Origin: Escherichia phage T4 | DNA: 64,000 nt | Sequence record: NC_000866.4 | Direction: 5' to 3' (one strand) | Part shown: positions 10,446 through 20,065 of the stretch, in pieces | How positions within the stretch are numbered: the first letter of the stretch is position 1 | Layout: each line of letters starts with the position of its first letter | Notes under the pieces: model-generated | What the model was told of the DNA's origin: nothing | Seen by the model: only the letters and a program-made list of their open reading frames with translations | The model's database searches: none | Position numbers and translations under genes: made by a program

Positions 10446-10916
10446 TTAATCATGTTTCCACACCCCATCGGTATTTGACCAAAGTCGCTGATTATCTGAT
10501 CCTCGCCACAGCTTTTTGGTCGGAAGATTTTTCTCATACTTCCCATCAATAATAACATCAACATATTTAAGCATTTCTAGTTGTTTAATATCTTCAAACT
10601 TATATCCTGTCCACAACCAGATATCTTTCTCCGGAAATCTTGCTTTAACCCAAGAAACTAAATTTGAAATCTCTTCTCGGTTCTGTGGATAAAGTGGGTC
10701 ACCGCCGGTTAAGGTAAGGCCTTGGATATACGATTTGCTTAAATGGGACGCAAGTTCTTTAACGGTATTCATAGTGAATAACTGTCCGTTACGAGCATTC
10801 CAAGTACTACGATTATAACAACCTTCGCATTTATGCAAACATCCAGTGACGAAGAGAACGACCCTACATCCAGGGCCGTTAACGAAATCGCATGGATAAA
10901 TTCTATCATAATTCAT
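10446..10916 (-). CDS. nrdG: anaerobic ribonucleotide reductase activating protein NrdG (radical SAM)
   Basis: Start trimmed to MNYDRIYPCDF; radical-SAM Cys cluster CLHKCEGCYN; 156 aa. Confidence 0.9.
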   Translation of the reverse strand: MNYDRIYPCDFVNGPGCRVVLFVTGCLHKCEGCYNRSTWNARNGQLFTMNTVKELASHLSKSYIQGLTLTGGDPLYPQNREEISNLVSWVKARFPEKDIWLWTGYKFEDIKQLEMLKYVDVIIDGKYEKNLPTKKLWRGSDNQRLWSNTDGVWKHD

Positions 10917-11538
10917 CTTTATATTTCCAAGTATATCCCTTATGAATAGATTGAATTCCTTTGCAACATTTATAAACAGCAGAATGAAAAAATCCTGCAT
11001 TTCTTATTTCAGTTGCTCCAGTTAGTTCTATTGTATTTCCGTCTGGTGAATAGCCAATAACCGTTTTGGTGTTAAAGCGATTTCTAGAACTATTTTTGAT
11101 ATGCTCTTTATGATTAGTAGACAAAGTTCTTCCTGTTAGCCCATCAGATATCCTTTTTCCAAAATCATCAGGAAGAGTTACTTTAGACCTAGCTATGCTC
11201 ATTAGCTTCTTAGTTTTATCGCTTCTTTTTGCGCCACGCTGATTTTCAAATTTCTTAGCTTTTGCATACGCGTATTGTGAAGAAGTAACTTTTCTATGCT
11301 TACTATTACTCATTATCCAATATGCATCATACATCTTTCCACCATATATTTTAGCCAATAAATGGTGAGCAGTATAGTGGGCCTTATAAGTTAAAAATAC
11401 TAAGTTGTCTAAATCATCTGAACCACCCATACTTCTTGGAATTATATGATGAAGTTCATACCCGGCTTTAGTTTGACGGGGCTTAGATGGGTGTTCAGCA
11501 GAATTAACTAGATTTGAATAGATTCTGTCATAATTCAT
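10906..11538 (-). CDS. mobC: HNH homing endonuclease (MobC-like)
   Basis: 210 aa; HNH motif HHIIPRSMGGSDDLDNLVFLTYKAHYTAH; between nrdG and nrdD. Confidence 0.8.
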   Translation of the reverse strand: MNYDRIYSNLVNSAEHPSKPRQTKAGYELHHIIPRSMGGSDDLDNLVFLTYKAHYTAHHLLAKIYGGKMYDAYWIMSNSKHRKVTSSQYAYAKAKKFENQRGAKRSDKTKKLMSIARSKVTLPDDFGKRISDGLTGRTLSTNHKEHIKNSSRNRFNTKTVIGYSPDGNTIELTGATEIRNAGFFHSAVYKCCKGIQSIHKGYTWKYKDEL

Positions 11539-12809
11539 TGGTGCTTAACCCTATGCATGATTTCTTTATTTTTACCGAGATTAAATCCGCGTTCGTTCGG
11601 ATTTCCCAAATAACCACATGTTCTTCTTATGGTATTCATCTTTTTAGGATCAGTTTCTCCACAAATAGAACAAACAAATCCGTTTTCAGTAGGAGTCATT
11701 TCATGGGTACTTCCACATGTAAAACATTTATCTACTGGCATATTAACACCAAAATAATCTAAATGCTGTGCAGCATAATCCCACACGGCCTCAAGACCTT
11801 TTAAGTTATTTTTCATATCAGGAAGTTCAACATAAGAAATGTGACCACCTGTCGCAATGAAATGATATGGCGCTTCACGAGAAATCTTTTCAAACGGAGT
11901 AATATTTTCTTCTACTGAAACATGGAAACTGTTAGTGTACCAGCCTTTATCGGTAACATCTTTTACGCTTCCATATTTTTCTGTATCGAGTTTACAGAAG
12001 CGATAACACAGGTTTTCAGCAGGAGTCGAATATAAACTAAAAGCAAATCCGGTTCTTTCAGTCCACTGTTTAAGATGAGCATTCATTTTAGTTAAAATTT
12101 CTCGTCCAATATCACGACCGACAAGAATATTCAATTCGTGAATACCAATGTATCCTAAAGACACTGAACTTCTACCGTTTTTAAATAACTCAATTATGTC
12201 GTCATCAGGTTTAAGACGAACCCCGAATGCACCTTCTTGGTAAAGAATAGGAGCAACAGTAGCTTTAACTCCTTTTAAGGAACTAATTCTACACATCAAA
12301 GCTTCAAAACATAAATCCATTCGTTCATTAAATAGCTCAACAAATTTCTGTTCATTGAACTGTGTTCCAATATAAGAATCTAACGCGATGCGAGGAAGAT
12401 TCAGTGTTACAACACCAAGATTATTGCGTCCATCAAGAATTTCATTGCCAGTCGAATCTTTCCATACGCTCAAGAAACTACGGCAACCCATCGGAGAAAC
12501 AGGAACAGATGAACCAGTGATAGCTTTATTGTTCTTAGCTGAAATAATATCAGGATACATCCTTTTGCTTGCGCACTCTAGAGCAAGCTGTTTAATATCA
12601 TAGTTCGGATCGTCTTTATAAAGATTAACACCTTCTTCAACGAACATAACAAGCTTAGGGAAAATAGGAGTTATCCCATCACGACCAAGACCTTTAATAC
12701 GATTTTTCAGAATTGCTTTCTGAATCATTCGTTCAGTCCAGTCAGTTCCCGTACCAAATGTAATTGTTACAAAAGGAGTCTGTCCGTTTGAACTGAATAA
12801 CGTGTTCAC
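11535..12809 (-). CDS. nrdD: anaerobic ribonucleotide reductase NrdD, exon 2 (C-terminal part)
   Basis: 424 aa ORF ending with glycyl-radical motif RRTCGYLG and Cys cluster CFTCG...CSICG; upstream boundary is the 3-prime splice site, not a start codon. Confidence 0.85.
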   Translation of the reverse strand: MNTLFSSNGQTPFVTITFGTGTDWTERMIQKAILKNRIKGLGRDGITPIFPKLVMFVEEGVNLYKDDPNYDIKQLALECASKRMYPDIISAKNNKAITGSSVPVSPMGCRSFLSVWKDSTGNEILDGRNNLGVVTLNLPRIALDSYIGTQFNEQKFVELFNERMDLCFEALMCRISSLKGVKATVAPILYQEGAFGVRLKPDDDIIELFKNGRSSVSLGYIGIHELNILVGRDIGREILTKMNAHLKQWTERTGFAFSLYSTPAENLCYRFCKLDTEKYGSVKDVTDKGWYTNSFHVSVEENITPFEKISREAPYHFIATGGHISYVELPDMKNNLKGLEAVWDYAAQHLDYFGVNMPVDKCFTCGSTHEMTPTENGFVCSICGETDPKKMNTIRRTCGYLGNPNERGFNLGKNKEIMHRVKHQ

Positions 12810-13845
12810 TTCATCAATGTGTTCAGTAGAGTTCGCTACTTCTCTACCCGTTTATATGAAACAATGTAATTTGGATAATTGTCATCTAAACACAAATCTT
12901 TAATACGACTTGGGTGGAGTTTTAAATCTTTAGCAGCATCCACAAATGATTTATAGATATTGTCATTTATTTTAACATATTCTGGGACGGGATGAATTGT
13001 TATTTTTATATCTATAACATTTGGATGATTACTAACCTGTTCTTCAGAGCATTTAAGAAATTTTGCAGCTGATTTAAAACTTCTAAATTTATTTCCGGAT
13101 TTTAAAGCTATAGAAACAGTCTTTTTAGCCGTTCTACTACCAATATTATTTTTAACATGAGCTTCACTTCTACTATTATTTTTATAATGCTCAATCAATT
13201 TCTCTCGTATCTTATCTTTATGTTTTAAAGATAAGATTTTACCTTTATGGGCATTACTAAGTTTTTGCTTATGTTCTTCTGAATCCGGATATTTGTTAAA
13301 TTTATATCCACCTATAGATTTATTAAGAATAAATTCGTTATTAAAATATTTCCTAATAAGCATTTCTTCATGTTTAAGGGCCGATTCATAAGAATCAAAA
13401 ACTTGAAGAATTATCCACTTAGCTTTATAATCTTTAAGCTTTTCTTTAACAAGCTTAGATGACGAATTGTATTCTTTCCAATTTGTATCTTTACCATATA
13501 TAGTTTTGAATTTTTTAAAACCTATATAAAAAGACTTATCAGGAAATCTTACCATATAGGTAAATGCTACAGAATTGGCAATTTTTAAGCTTTTTCTTAA
13601 TTTCCATTTCATCGTTTCACCTCGTATTCATATTTATACGAGGATAAACAGCTGCATGTCACCATGCAGTTCAGACTATATCTTCAACTCTTAGAGTTGT
13701 CTGCCGTTTCGGGTCGCTTGACCCTACTCCCTTACATTCATCAGGGATAGTCGTTGGGCATTTACAGCTACTGCTGATTTAGCAACGGATTGTCTCAGTG
13801 AGAGTTTCCCGTTTTAGGCAGATTTTACATGAGCTTGACTTACGT
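12810..13845 (-). mobile_element. group I self-splicing intron in nrdD carrying I-TevII (boundaries approximate)
   Basis: Non-coding structured GC-rich core 13613-13845 recalled as the T4 nrdD (sunY) intron; embedded GIY-YIG ORF; NrdD reading frame interrupted; exon totals 181+424 match the ~605 aa NrdD. Confidence 0.8.
12836..13612 (-). CDS. I-TevII: intron-encoded GIY-YIG homing endonuclease I-TevII
   Basis: 258 aa ORF MKWKLRKSLKIANSVAFTYMVRFPDKSFYIGFKKFKTIYG... inside the nrdD intron. Confidence 0.9.
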   Translation of the reverse strand: MKWKLRKSLKIANSVAFTYMVRFPDKSFYIGFKKFKTIYGKDTNWKEYNSSSKLVKEKLKDYKAKWIILQVFDSYESALKHEEMLIRKYFNNEFILNKSIGGYKFNKYPDSEEHKQKLSNAHKGKILSLKHKDKIREKLIEHYKNNSRSEAHVKNNIGSRTAKKTVSIALKSGNKFRSFKSAAKFLKCSEEQVSNHPNVIDIKITIHPVPEYVKINDNIYKSFVDAAKDLKLHPSRIKDLCLDDNYPNYIVSYKRVEK

Positions 13846-14385
13846 TAACTCATAAGCTTGGAATGCATCGTATACGTCTTTTTCTGTTTTAGATTGAGCA
13901 TAATTCAACGCATCAGCGATTTGCCATTTTTCTGCATCCTCAATATGTTTTGCATAGGTGCGTTTAACATAAGGAGAAAGTACTTTATCTACATTCGCAA
14001 AAGTCGTTCCGCCGTATTGGTGAGAAGCAACTTGCGCAGTAATTTGTGCCATAATTGCAGTAGCAACTCCAATTGATTTAGGAGTTTCAATCTGCGCATT
14101 ACCAAGCTTAAATCCGTTTTCAAGCATTCCTTTTAAATCTACTAAACAGCAATTAGTAAATGGAAGAGCAGGGGAATAATCAATATCATGCACGTGAATA
14201 ATTCCGCTTTCATGCGCTTTCATAATAAAAGACGGGACCATATTTTTGGCAATGTGTTTAGACACAATACCAGCCATAAGGTCCCGTTGAGTTGGAAAAA
14301 CACGAGAATCTTTATTAGCATTCTCGTTTAAAAGGTCTTTATTAGTTTTATGAATTAATCCTTCAATTTCTTTTTCAATTGTCAT
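13846..14385 (-). CDS. nrdD: anaerobic ribonucleotide reductase NrdD, exon 1 (N-terminal part)
   Basis: ORF MTIEKEIEGLIHKTNKDLLN... of ~180 aa; ORF-track stop at 13840-13842 lies inside the intron; exact splice site not determined. Confidence 0.85.
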
Positions 14386-14855
14386 TTTAAACTCTTTCTA
14401 AGCTGCTTCTTGAATGAAGCTATTAATTGTGTTTTGGTGTCAGATTCATTATATTCAAATCCTCTTTGAAGCATCTCGGCCATCATTTCCTCTTTTCCTA
14501 AACGAGAAAATTCCTTTGATTTATCTCCAACAAAGTTAGGGTGAATATTATTTTGGGTGTAATCGGATTTTAAATAAGTAAGTAAATTTTCTAACCATTC
14601 AAGATAATCAACACCTTGTCCCTTTAAGCCAGAACGATTAAATTTATGCTTCATTTGACCTTCTGCAGCATTGCATAGATTACAAAGCAATCCACGCACC
14701 TTTCCTGCTTTTGGTCCATTTAATTCATGGTCATGGTCGAGGTGATTAGCTTGAACATCAGGATTTAGTTCTCGTTGGCAAATTAAGCATTTACCGTTTT
14801 GTGCATCATAAAATTTCTGTTTTTCTTCTTTGTATAATTTGCCAGTCAATAACAT
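14382..14855 (-). CDS. 49: gp49 endonuclease VII (Holliday junction resolvase)
   Basis: 157 aa MLLTGKLYKEEKQKFYDAQNGKCLICQREL...; matches T4 endo VII. Confidence 0.95.
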   Translation of the reverse strand: MLLTGKLYKEEKQKFYDAQNGKCLICQRELNPDVQANHLDHDHELNGPKAGKVRGLLCNLCNAAEGQMKHKFNRSGLKGQGVDYLEWLENLLTYLKSDYTQNNIHPNFVGDKSKEFSRLGKEEMMAEMLQRGFEYNESDTKTQLIASFKKQLRKSLK

Positions 14856-14896
14856 AATAAACCCTTACCTTAAATAGATAAGGGTATTTATTATTT

Positions 14897-15382
14897 TCAA
14901 GTATTGTAAAACATTTGATGCAATCGCTTATATTGCTGAATCATTCGGTCAGAAAAAGAAATTTGAGTTTCAAGCCATTCAATGTACTCTGCGGCAGCTT
15001 GCATTAAATTTCCTTCATAGCCATCGTTATTTTCTTGTGCAGCTAATTTAGCTAATGCGTATGAAATACGTTCACCTTGAAAATCGGCTTTAGGCTTCTG
15101 AACAACTTGATTAGTTCGCTCTACAACTTCTTCAATTTCGCCATTTTCTACTGATTCAGTATTCCACAAACACCAATACGTAATTGGCTTATCGTAGATG
15201 TTAATAATCTTTCCATCAGAAAGTTCAATTTCAATAATTCCAGTGTCAGGCTCTATATCATCTTCACATTCTTTTACAAGTTCACGAACTTTAAAGACAG
15301 TACCTGCACTAAGTTCCGGCCAGTAATTACACAGCCCTGTATCAGCACGATTAATTCTAAACCATTTATCTACTGTAATCAT
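14897..15382 (-). CDS. pin: PinA-like inhibitor of host Lon protease
   Basis: Start trimmed to MITVDKWF (161 aa); position after gene 49. Confidence 0.7.
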   Translation of the reverse strand: MITVDKWFRINRADTGLCNYWPELSAGTVFKVRELVKECEDDIEPDTGIIEIELSDGKIINIYDKPITYWCLWNTESVENGEIEEVVERTNQVVQKPKADFQGERISYALAKLAAQENNDGYEGNLMQAAAEYIEWLETQISFSDRMIQQYKRLHQMFYNT

Positions 15383-15505
15383 GTCCCATCTCCATATCAA
15401 TTAAGTCATTTATCGTTGGTTCATTATACACCGTTTCTTCATCAGTGTAAACCGGTTCTTCCGGCTCTGGCTCTACAGTTTCCCATCTAGCCGCCCACCA
15501 AGGTT

Positions 15506-15826
15506 TTATAGCGTAATCCATTCTCGTACTGTCTGAGTTACTACACGTTCTCGAAGCTCAACCAGTTCAACAGTAGGAACTGCATAATACCAGTCAGAAT
15601 GGTAAGAACCTGAGCGAGATTCATTTACAGCCACATGTACATTATGTTTTGGACTAAAATAAACACACTGACGATATTGGCATTTACCATCTTGCACCCA
15701 GTCTTCTATTTCGATAGGTTTAAGATAGTCGGAAAAATCGAAATCATAGTTTTCCGAAAATGCATCATGGTCTTCAATGATTTCGCTCAGAACTGCATCA
15801 ACATCTAATTTATTTTCAATATTCAT
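15506..15826 (-). CDS. hypothetical protein (49.1-like)
   Basis: 106 aa acidic ORF. Confidence 0.5.
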   Translation of the reverse strand: MNIENKLDVDAVLSEIIEDHDAFSENYDFDFSDYLKPIEIEDWVQDGKCQYRQCVYFSPKHNVHVAVNESRSGSYHSDWYYAVPTVELVELRERVVTQTVREWITL

Positions 15827-16131
15827 TTTTCACACCACCAACTGCTTACTTCAAAATCGGGTTCGCCATGTTCCCAGAACCAGGGGCCGATAGGAATCCA
15901 CTTACCTTCATCGGTGACGTCATATTCTTCGGATTTAAGCCCAACGTATCGCCATTCGACTTCATAAGCGGTACCACCGATTACAACTGTGTTCTCGCCA
16001 TACGGGTTAGACACAACAAAGTCTATACCTTCTGCTTTAGCTAACCAAATCATGTATTCATAGAGTTTATATTCCAGGTCGCCTTCTGTTCCATCGCCTA
16101 GAAAAATAATTTGTTCATTTAATTCTATCAT
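15823..16131 (-). CDS. hypothetical protein (49.2-like)
   Basis: 102 aa ORF, stop overlapping nrdC start. Confidence 0.5.
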   Translation of the reverse strand: MIELNEQIIFLGDGTEGDLEYKLYEYMIWLAKAEGIDFVVSNPYGENTVVIGGTAYEVEWRYVGLKSEEYDVTDEGKWIPIGPWFWEHGEPDFEVSSWWCEK

Positions 16132-16391
16132 TTAAAGTATTCCCGCAATTGGTCAAATCCACCAATATGACTTCCATCAGGAGCAAATACCTGAGGCATT
16201 GTTAAGCCGATTTGAGTATCACGACCTAGTTTAGTCAGAAGCTCAGCAATTTTCTCATCATCAAAAACACCTTTTTCCGGCATAATGTTGATAAATTCAA
16301 ACGGCTGTTTCTTCACAGTCAAAAGACGTTTTGCATTATCGCAATACACACATTTATGAATGTTGCTATCATAACCATATACTTTAAACAT
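16128..16391 (-). CDS. nrdC: thioredoxin/glutaredoxin NrdC
   Basis: 87 aa MFKVYGYDSNIHKCVYCDNAKRLL...; CVYC redox motif. Confidence 0.9.
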   Translation of the reverse strand: MFKVYGYDSNIHKCVYCDNAKRLLTVKKQPFEFINIMPEKGVFDDEKIAELLTKLGRDTQIGLTMPQVFAPDGSHIGGFDQLREYFK

Positions 16392-16392
16392 A

Positions 16393-16635
16393 TTATTCCT
16401 TAATTCCTAGTACTTGTTTAAAAGTCTCGTCGTAATCAAGACTTTGGCCCGTTTGTTCTTTATGCTTGTATATAATATCACTTACTTCTGATAGCATATT
16501 TTTATATGAACGAGTTAAAGCAGATTTAAGCACGCTGTATCTATCAGGAAATTTACCGTGTTCATTATAATAAGCTATTGCTAATTCACGGACTGCCTTT
16601 TCAGCAGTCTCCATATATTCTTTACGCTTTGTCAT
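16393..16635 (-). CDS. hypothetical protein (nrdC.1-like)
   Basis: ORF track 16393..16776; start trimmed to [13 protein letters not shown]. Confidence 0.5.
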
Positions 16636-16936
16636 TTTCTTCTCGGTCAAATCGGTGTTTACAATGGCGACATTTATAACGAAGATTATTAGTCTGCCAA
16701 TGGACCAATTGCACCTGTTCAGTTCCACATTCAGGGCAATTAGGAACGTTTTTAGAAGCCCTTTCGCGACGTTCAACCATGACCATTACAGAATCCCAAT
16801 TAACAGGAGGGCTATAATCATCACAACCATAAATCTTTCCACGCATTTCCAGATCGTCTTCTTCACCAGCCATAATAATTTTAATTAGACTAGAATTACT
16901 TGAAGCTGCAATGTCTTCTAATAGACGCTTTTTCAT
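16622..16936 (-). CDS. zinc-ribbon protein (nrdC.2-like)
   Basis: 104 aa; CPECG...CRHCKH four-Cys motif. Confidence 0.55.
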
Positions 16937-17859
16937 TTCAATACCTCAATAGCATTACGTAAACCATTTGCTTTGGCGGTTAAATCCTTAAGAACTTTAG
17001 TATGCTCTTCAATCTGTTTTTCAACTTCAATCAAACGGGTACTGAGATATTCGCGTTCTTCTTTCATAGTATCATTCCCATGATTGGGCTTTGGCGTAGG
17101 TTTAAATTTATTAGGGTCCTTTAACTTAATAACAACTTTAGTTTCAAACAGTGAAAGACCATAATTCGTATTATCATCAAAGGATTCAACTACGTCCATT
17201 TTAGACAATAACGTACGAAGTTTATAAGTCAAAGAACGAATCGTTTTATTATGTTTATTAGCTTCACATGGTTTCATATATGGAAGATTTTTATATATTT
17301 CATGCGGAGCACAAACAATAATTAACAATTCAAATGGTCCATTCTGAGATGATGGAATGAATTTAGCCGTAACCCAATCTTTTACATTTACATTAATAGT
17401 ACGATCATCGCCATGACAAAACAGTCTACGAGAATGCTTAAAAAGCATATTCACATTATTATTAAATTCGTGTGAAAACTCACTGGCAAATTTTTCTTTA
17501 CTATCTTTAGAAAACCATTCTTCTAAATAAGTTCTTTTCACGTCGTTAATAATATTAAATGTAACAACATTATCATTTGATACATTAGTCTCAATGTAGC
17601 TTGGATACATAAATTTTTTAACATTATTAACAGCTATCACAGAAGATAGTAATCGGGAACGTTTGAACCACTCGAGCAAAGAACCAAGAGAATGTGAATA
17701 CGCATTTTGTGTATCTTTACAAATATGGTTTTCCCATCCAATATAGTCTAAAAAATCACGAAGAATATTATTGATTACTTCTCTATGTCCTTTCTGATAA
17801 TCACGATGTTTAGTAATAAGACTGTCAAAATAATCAATATAATGTTTACGAGTTTTCAT
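16933..17859 (-). CDS. hypothetical protein with C-terminal coiled coil (nrdC.3-like)
   Basis: 308 aa; first of three consecutive proteins of similar architecture. Confidence 0.6.
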   Translation of the reverse strand: MKTRKHYIDYFDSLITKHRDYQKGHREVINNILRDFLDYIGWENHICKDTQNAYSHSLGSLLEWFKRSRLLSSVIAVNNVKKFMYPSYIETNVSNDNVVTFNIINDVKRTYLEEWFSKDSKEKFASEFSHEFNNNVNMLFKHSRRLFCHGDDRTINVNVKDWVTAKFIPSSQNGPFELLIIVCAPHEIYKNLPYMKPCEANKHNKTIRSLTYKLRTLLSKMDVVESFDDNTNYGLSLFETKVVIKLKDPNKFKPTPKPNHGNDTMKEEREYLSTRLIEVEKQIEEHTKVLKDLTAKANGLRNAIEVLK

Positions 17860-17913
17860 GTTCTTCTCACTTGGTTAATGATTTATACTCCGAGCCATCC
17901 TTGGCTTTAAATT

Positions 17914-18915
17914 TTACTTAATTAACTGCAAAGCTTGTTCTAGACGATCAAGACGATTAACGGATTCTTCCCAAATCTTTTTAGCCTGCTCATATTCTTT
18001 CTGCGCTTTATTAGAAATTTCTAGAACTTCTTTATAAGCTTTTTCTAGTGCAATAACTTCTGGACGAATTTCTATCGGTTCAGGTGAATCATCAAGACAT
18101 TCCATTAGTTCCTCAAGGGTAGTTTCTTCTTTAGGAGTATTCACAATTTCATCACATTTTTGTTGGTAAATTTCTTTACTAGTAGGTGAATAAGCACATT
18201 TCACTTCACGAAGGCTAATTACGAGTTTATATCCTTCCCAACCGCATATATTCTTAAAAGGATATGTATGAATATTTTCTACTGTTTCCATACAAAGTAA
18301 TGCGGTCTCTAATTGACGAGTTATAGTGCTAGCAATTGAGAAAAATTTATTAATATTCTTTTGGTTAGTTTCTGGTGTAAAAAATCCATAATTCACAAAA
18401 ATAGATACTTTATTTTTATCAAGTTCATATTCTTTTATGATAATCATATCAGAAGCCAAAGGATGAATTTGACGATAATCGCCATAACATAATTTAGAAG
18501 CTGATTTTAGAATTTGCTTCTTGAAAAGTCTGAAATTACTAATCCAACGACGAGTAAAAATATTCTCAGGGTCTTCTTTATTATTGAGATGATAAGAATT
18601 AACATCACCGAACCAATTATATCCTACTACATCTTTAGTTCGTTTAATTTCTTTCCCAAAATTACCAAGAATATCCCGATTAACCAAATATGAAAGAAGA
18701 CGAGACTCTTTAAAGGTTTTCTTGATAACATCTTTATCTACACGGCTAGAAATTTTACGAATTTCATGAATAAATTTAGTAGAAGAAACAATACTTGCAT
18801 CAACACTATTGAGCCACTGATTGATAATAGAAAGAACGCTATTTTGGCCAAACATCGGTATAGCTTTATCATCAATAACGCTATTGAATGATTTGATATA
18901 TTCGTTACGAGTCAT
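17914..18915 (-). CDS. hypothetical protein with C-terminal coiled coil (nrdC.4-like)
   Basis: Start trimmed to MTRNEYIKSF downstream of early promoter 18944-18973. Confidence 0.6.
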   Translation of the reverse strand: MTRNEYIKSFNSVIDDKAIPMFGQNSVLSIINQWLNSVDASIVSSTKFIHEIRKISSRVDKDVIKKTFKESRLLSYLVNRDILGNFGKEIKRTKDVVGYNWFGDVNSYHLNNKEDPENIFTRRWISNFRLFKKQILKSASKLCYGDYRQIHPLASDMIIIKEYELDKNKVSIFVNYGFFTPETNQKNINKFFSIASTITRQLETALLCMETVENIHTYPFKNICGWEGYKLVISLREVKCAYSPTSKEIYQQKCDEIVNTPKEETTLEELMECLDDSPEPIEIRPEVIALEKAYKEVLEISNKAQKEYEQAKKIWEESVNRLDRLEQALQLIK

Positions 18916-18943
18916 ATTAATCTCCTCAGTAGAAAGTAAGAAC

Positions 18944-18973
18944 ATTATACCACATCCTTGTGGCAAAGTAAAC
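18944..18973 (-). promoter_or_regulatory. T4-type early promoter
   Basis: Minus strand GTTTAC-18-TATAAT upstream of nrdC.4-like ORF. Confidence 0.65.
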
Positions 18974-19995
18974 TAGTTCAGTGCATTTAGTGCATTGTTC
19001 AGTTTAGAACGTTGCTTTGTCAGATTTTGAACCCTTGACTGAGCTTGTTCTAACGCCTTTTCAGCTTCTAGCACTTCATTGGTCGCTTTAACTAATTCAG
19101 CATCTACTGCCTTAAGAGACTTCTCAATCGCATCCGCGTGCCATTTTTCAACAGGTTTAAGACTTGGATTTTCAACAGGAAGAAAATTCACTTTATTGAA
19201 TTTCCATGCATCTTTATTACCTGAGCTATACATCCAAAATTTAGGATCGTTTGATAAGTAATTAGATAAATTTAAGTTATCTTGCACTTCTTGCTTTTTC
19301 TCTTGTGTGACTTCGTCCTTTCTCAAAAATTCATATTTAAATGAAACGATCATATCAAGTTCATATGATGTTGTATCTAACTTAAATCGTTCAAAACGAG
19401 GTAAAATCTTAGATTGAACAGCAGCAACAACATCCATATACTTAAATGCTTCTGTCAACTGCGATTTAAGGCATTCGCAAATTGAAAGAGAATTTTTTGT
19501 ATTAGGTTTAAAGCTAATTCGTGCAGTTCTATTATTTTCTTTTAACGGTCTTACTTCCATCTGAAGAGTATAACCATCAAATTTCAGATTCTTTAAGTTA
19601 ATGTCAGAGCCTTTTAATCGACTAGCAGTAGACAAAATTTGCTTTAATTGTCTACGGAACAGAGCAATAAATCTCCATTCAATACGATAATGATTTGGAT
19701 TGAAAAATCCAGATGATAAATCGACCTTACTTTGACCAACGCCTTGAACAAATAGAGGATTTTTATAATCAATAGTTTTACAGAAATCGGTGAGCTGTTC
19801 ACGAGCAGTCATTTGAGTAATATACCCTGCTTTACTAAAATTACGCACCCATTCACTGCTATTCGTATACTTAAAGTGATGAATAACACGATTAACTTTA
19901 TCAGGGTCTAAATTATTTTCACACAAAAATGTCATAACATCACGAGTATAGCTGGCATTACGAACCATATCTTCAATTTGAGAACGAGTTTTCAT
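18973..19995 (-). CDS. hypothetical protein with C-terminal coiled coil (nrdC.5-like)
   Basis: 340 aa ORF. Confidence 0.6.
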   Translation of the reverse strand: MKTRSQIEDMVRNASYTRDVMTFLCENNLDPDKVNRVIHHFKYTNSSEWVRNFSKAGYITQMTAREQLTDFCKTIDYKNPLFVQGVGQSKVDLSSGFFNPNHYRIEWRFIALFRRQLKQILSTASRLKGSDINLKNLKFDGYTLQMEVRPLKENNRTARISFKPNTKNSLSICECLKSQLTEAFKYMDVVAAVQSKILPRFERFKLDTTSYELDMIVSFKYEFLRKDEVTQEKKQEVQDNLNLSNYLSNDPKFWMYSSGNKDAWKFNKVNFLPVENPSLKPVEKWHADAIEKSLKAVDAELVKATNEVLEAEKALEQAQSRVQNLTKQRSKLNNALNALN

Positions 19996-20065
19996 GGTGT
20001 TCCTTAAGATTTAAGTAAATCAACAATTTTAATTAACTTTTCACGCTCAGATTTAGCTTTACTAC

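Noticed and set aside
10370-10564. Minus-strand 64 aa ORF overlapping the 3-prime end of nrdG
   Set aside because: Out-of-frame overlap with nrdG, hydrophobic low-complexity sequence, no ribosome-binding site seen.
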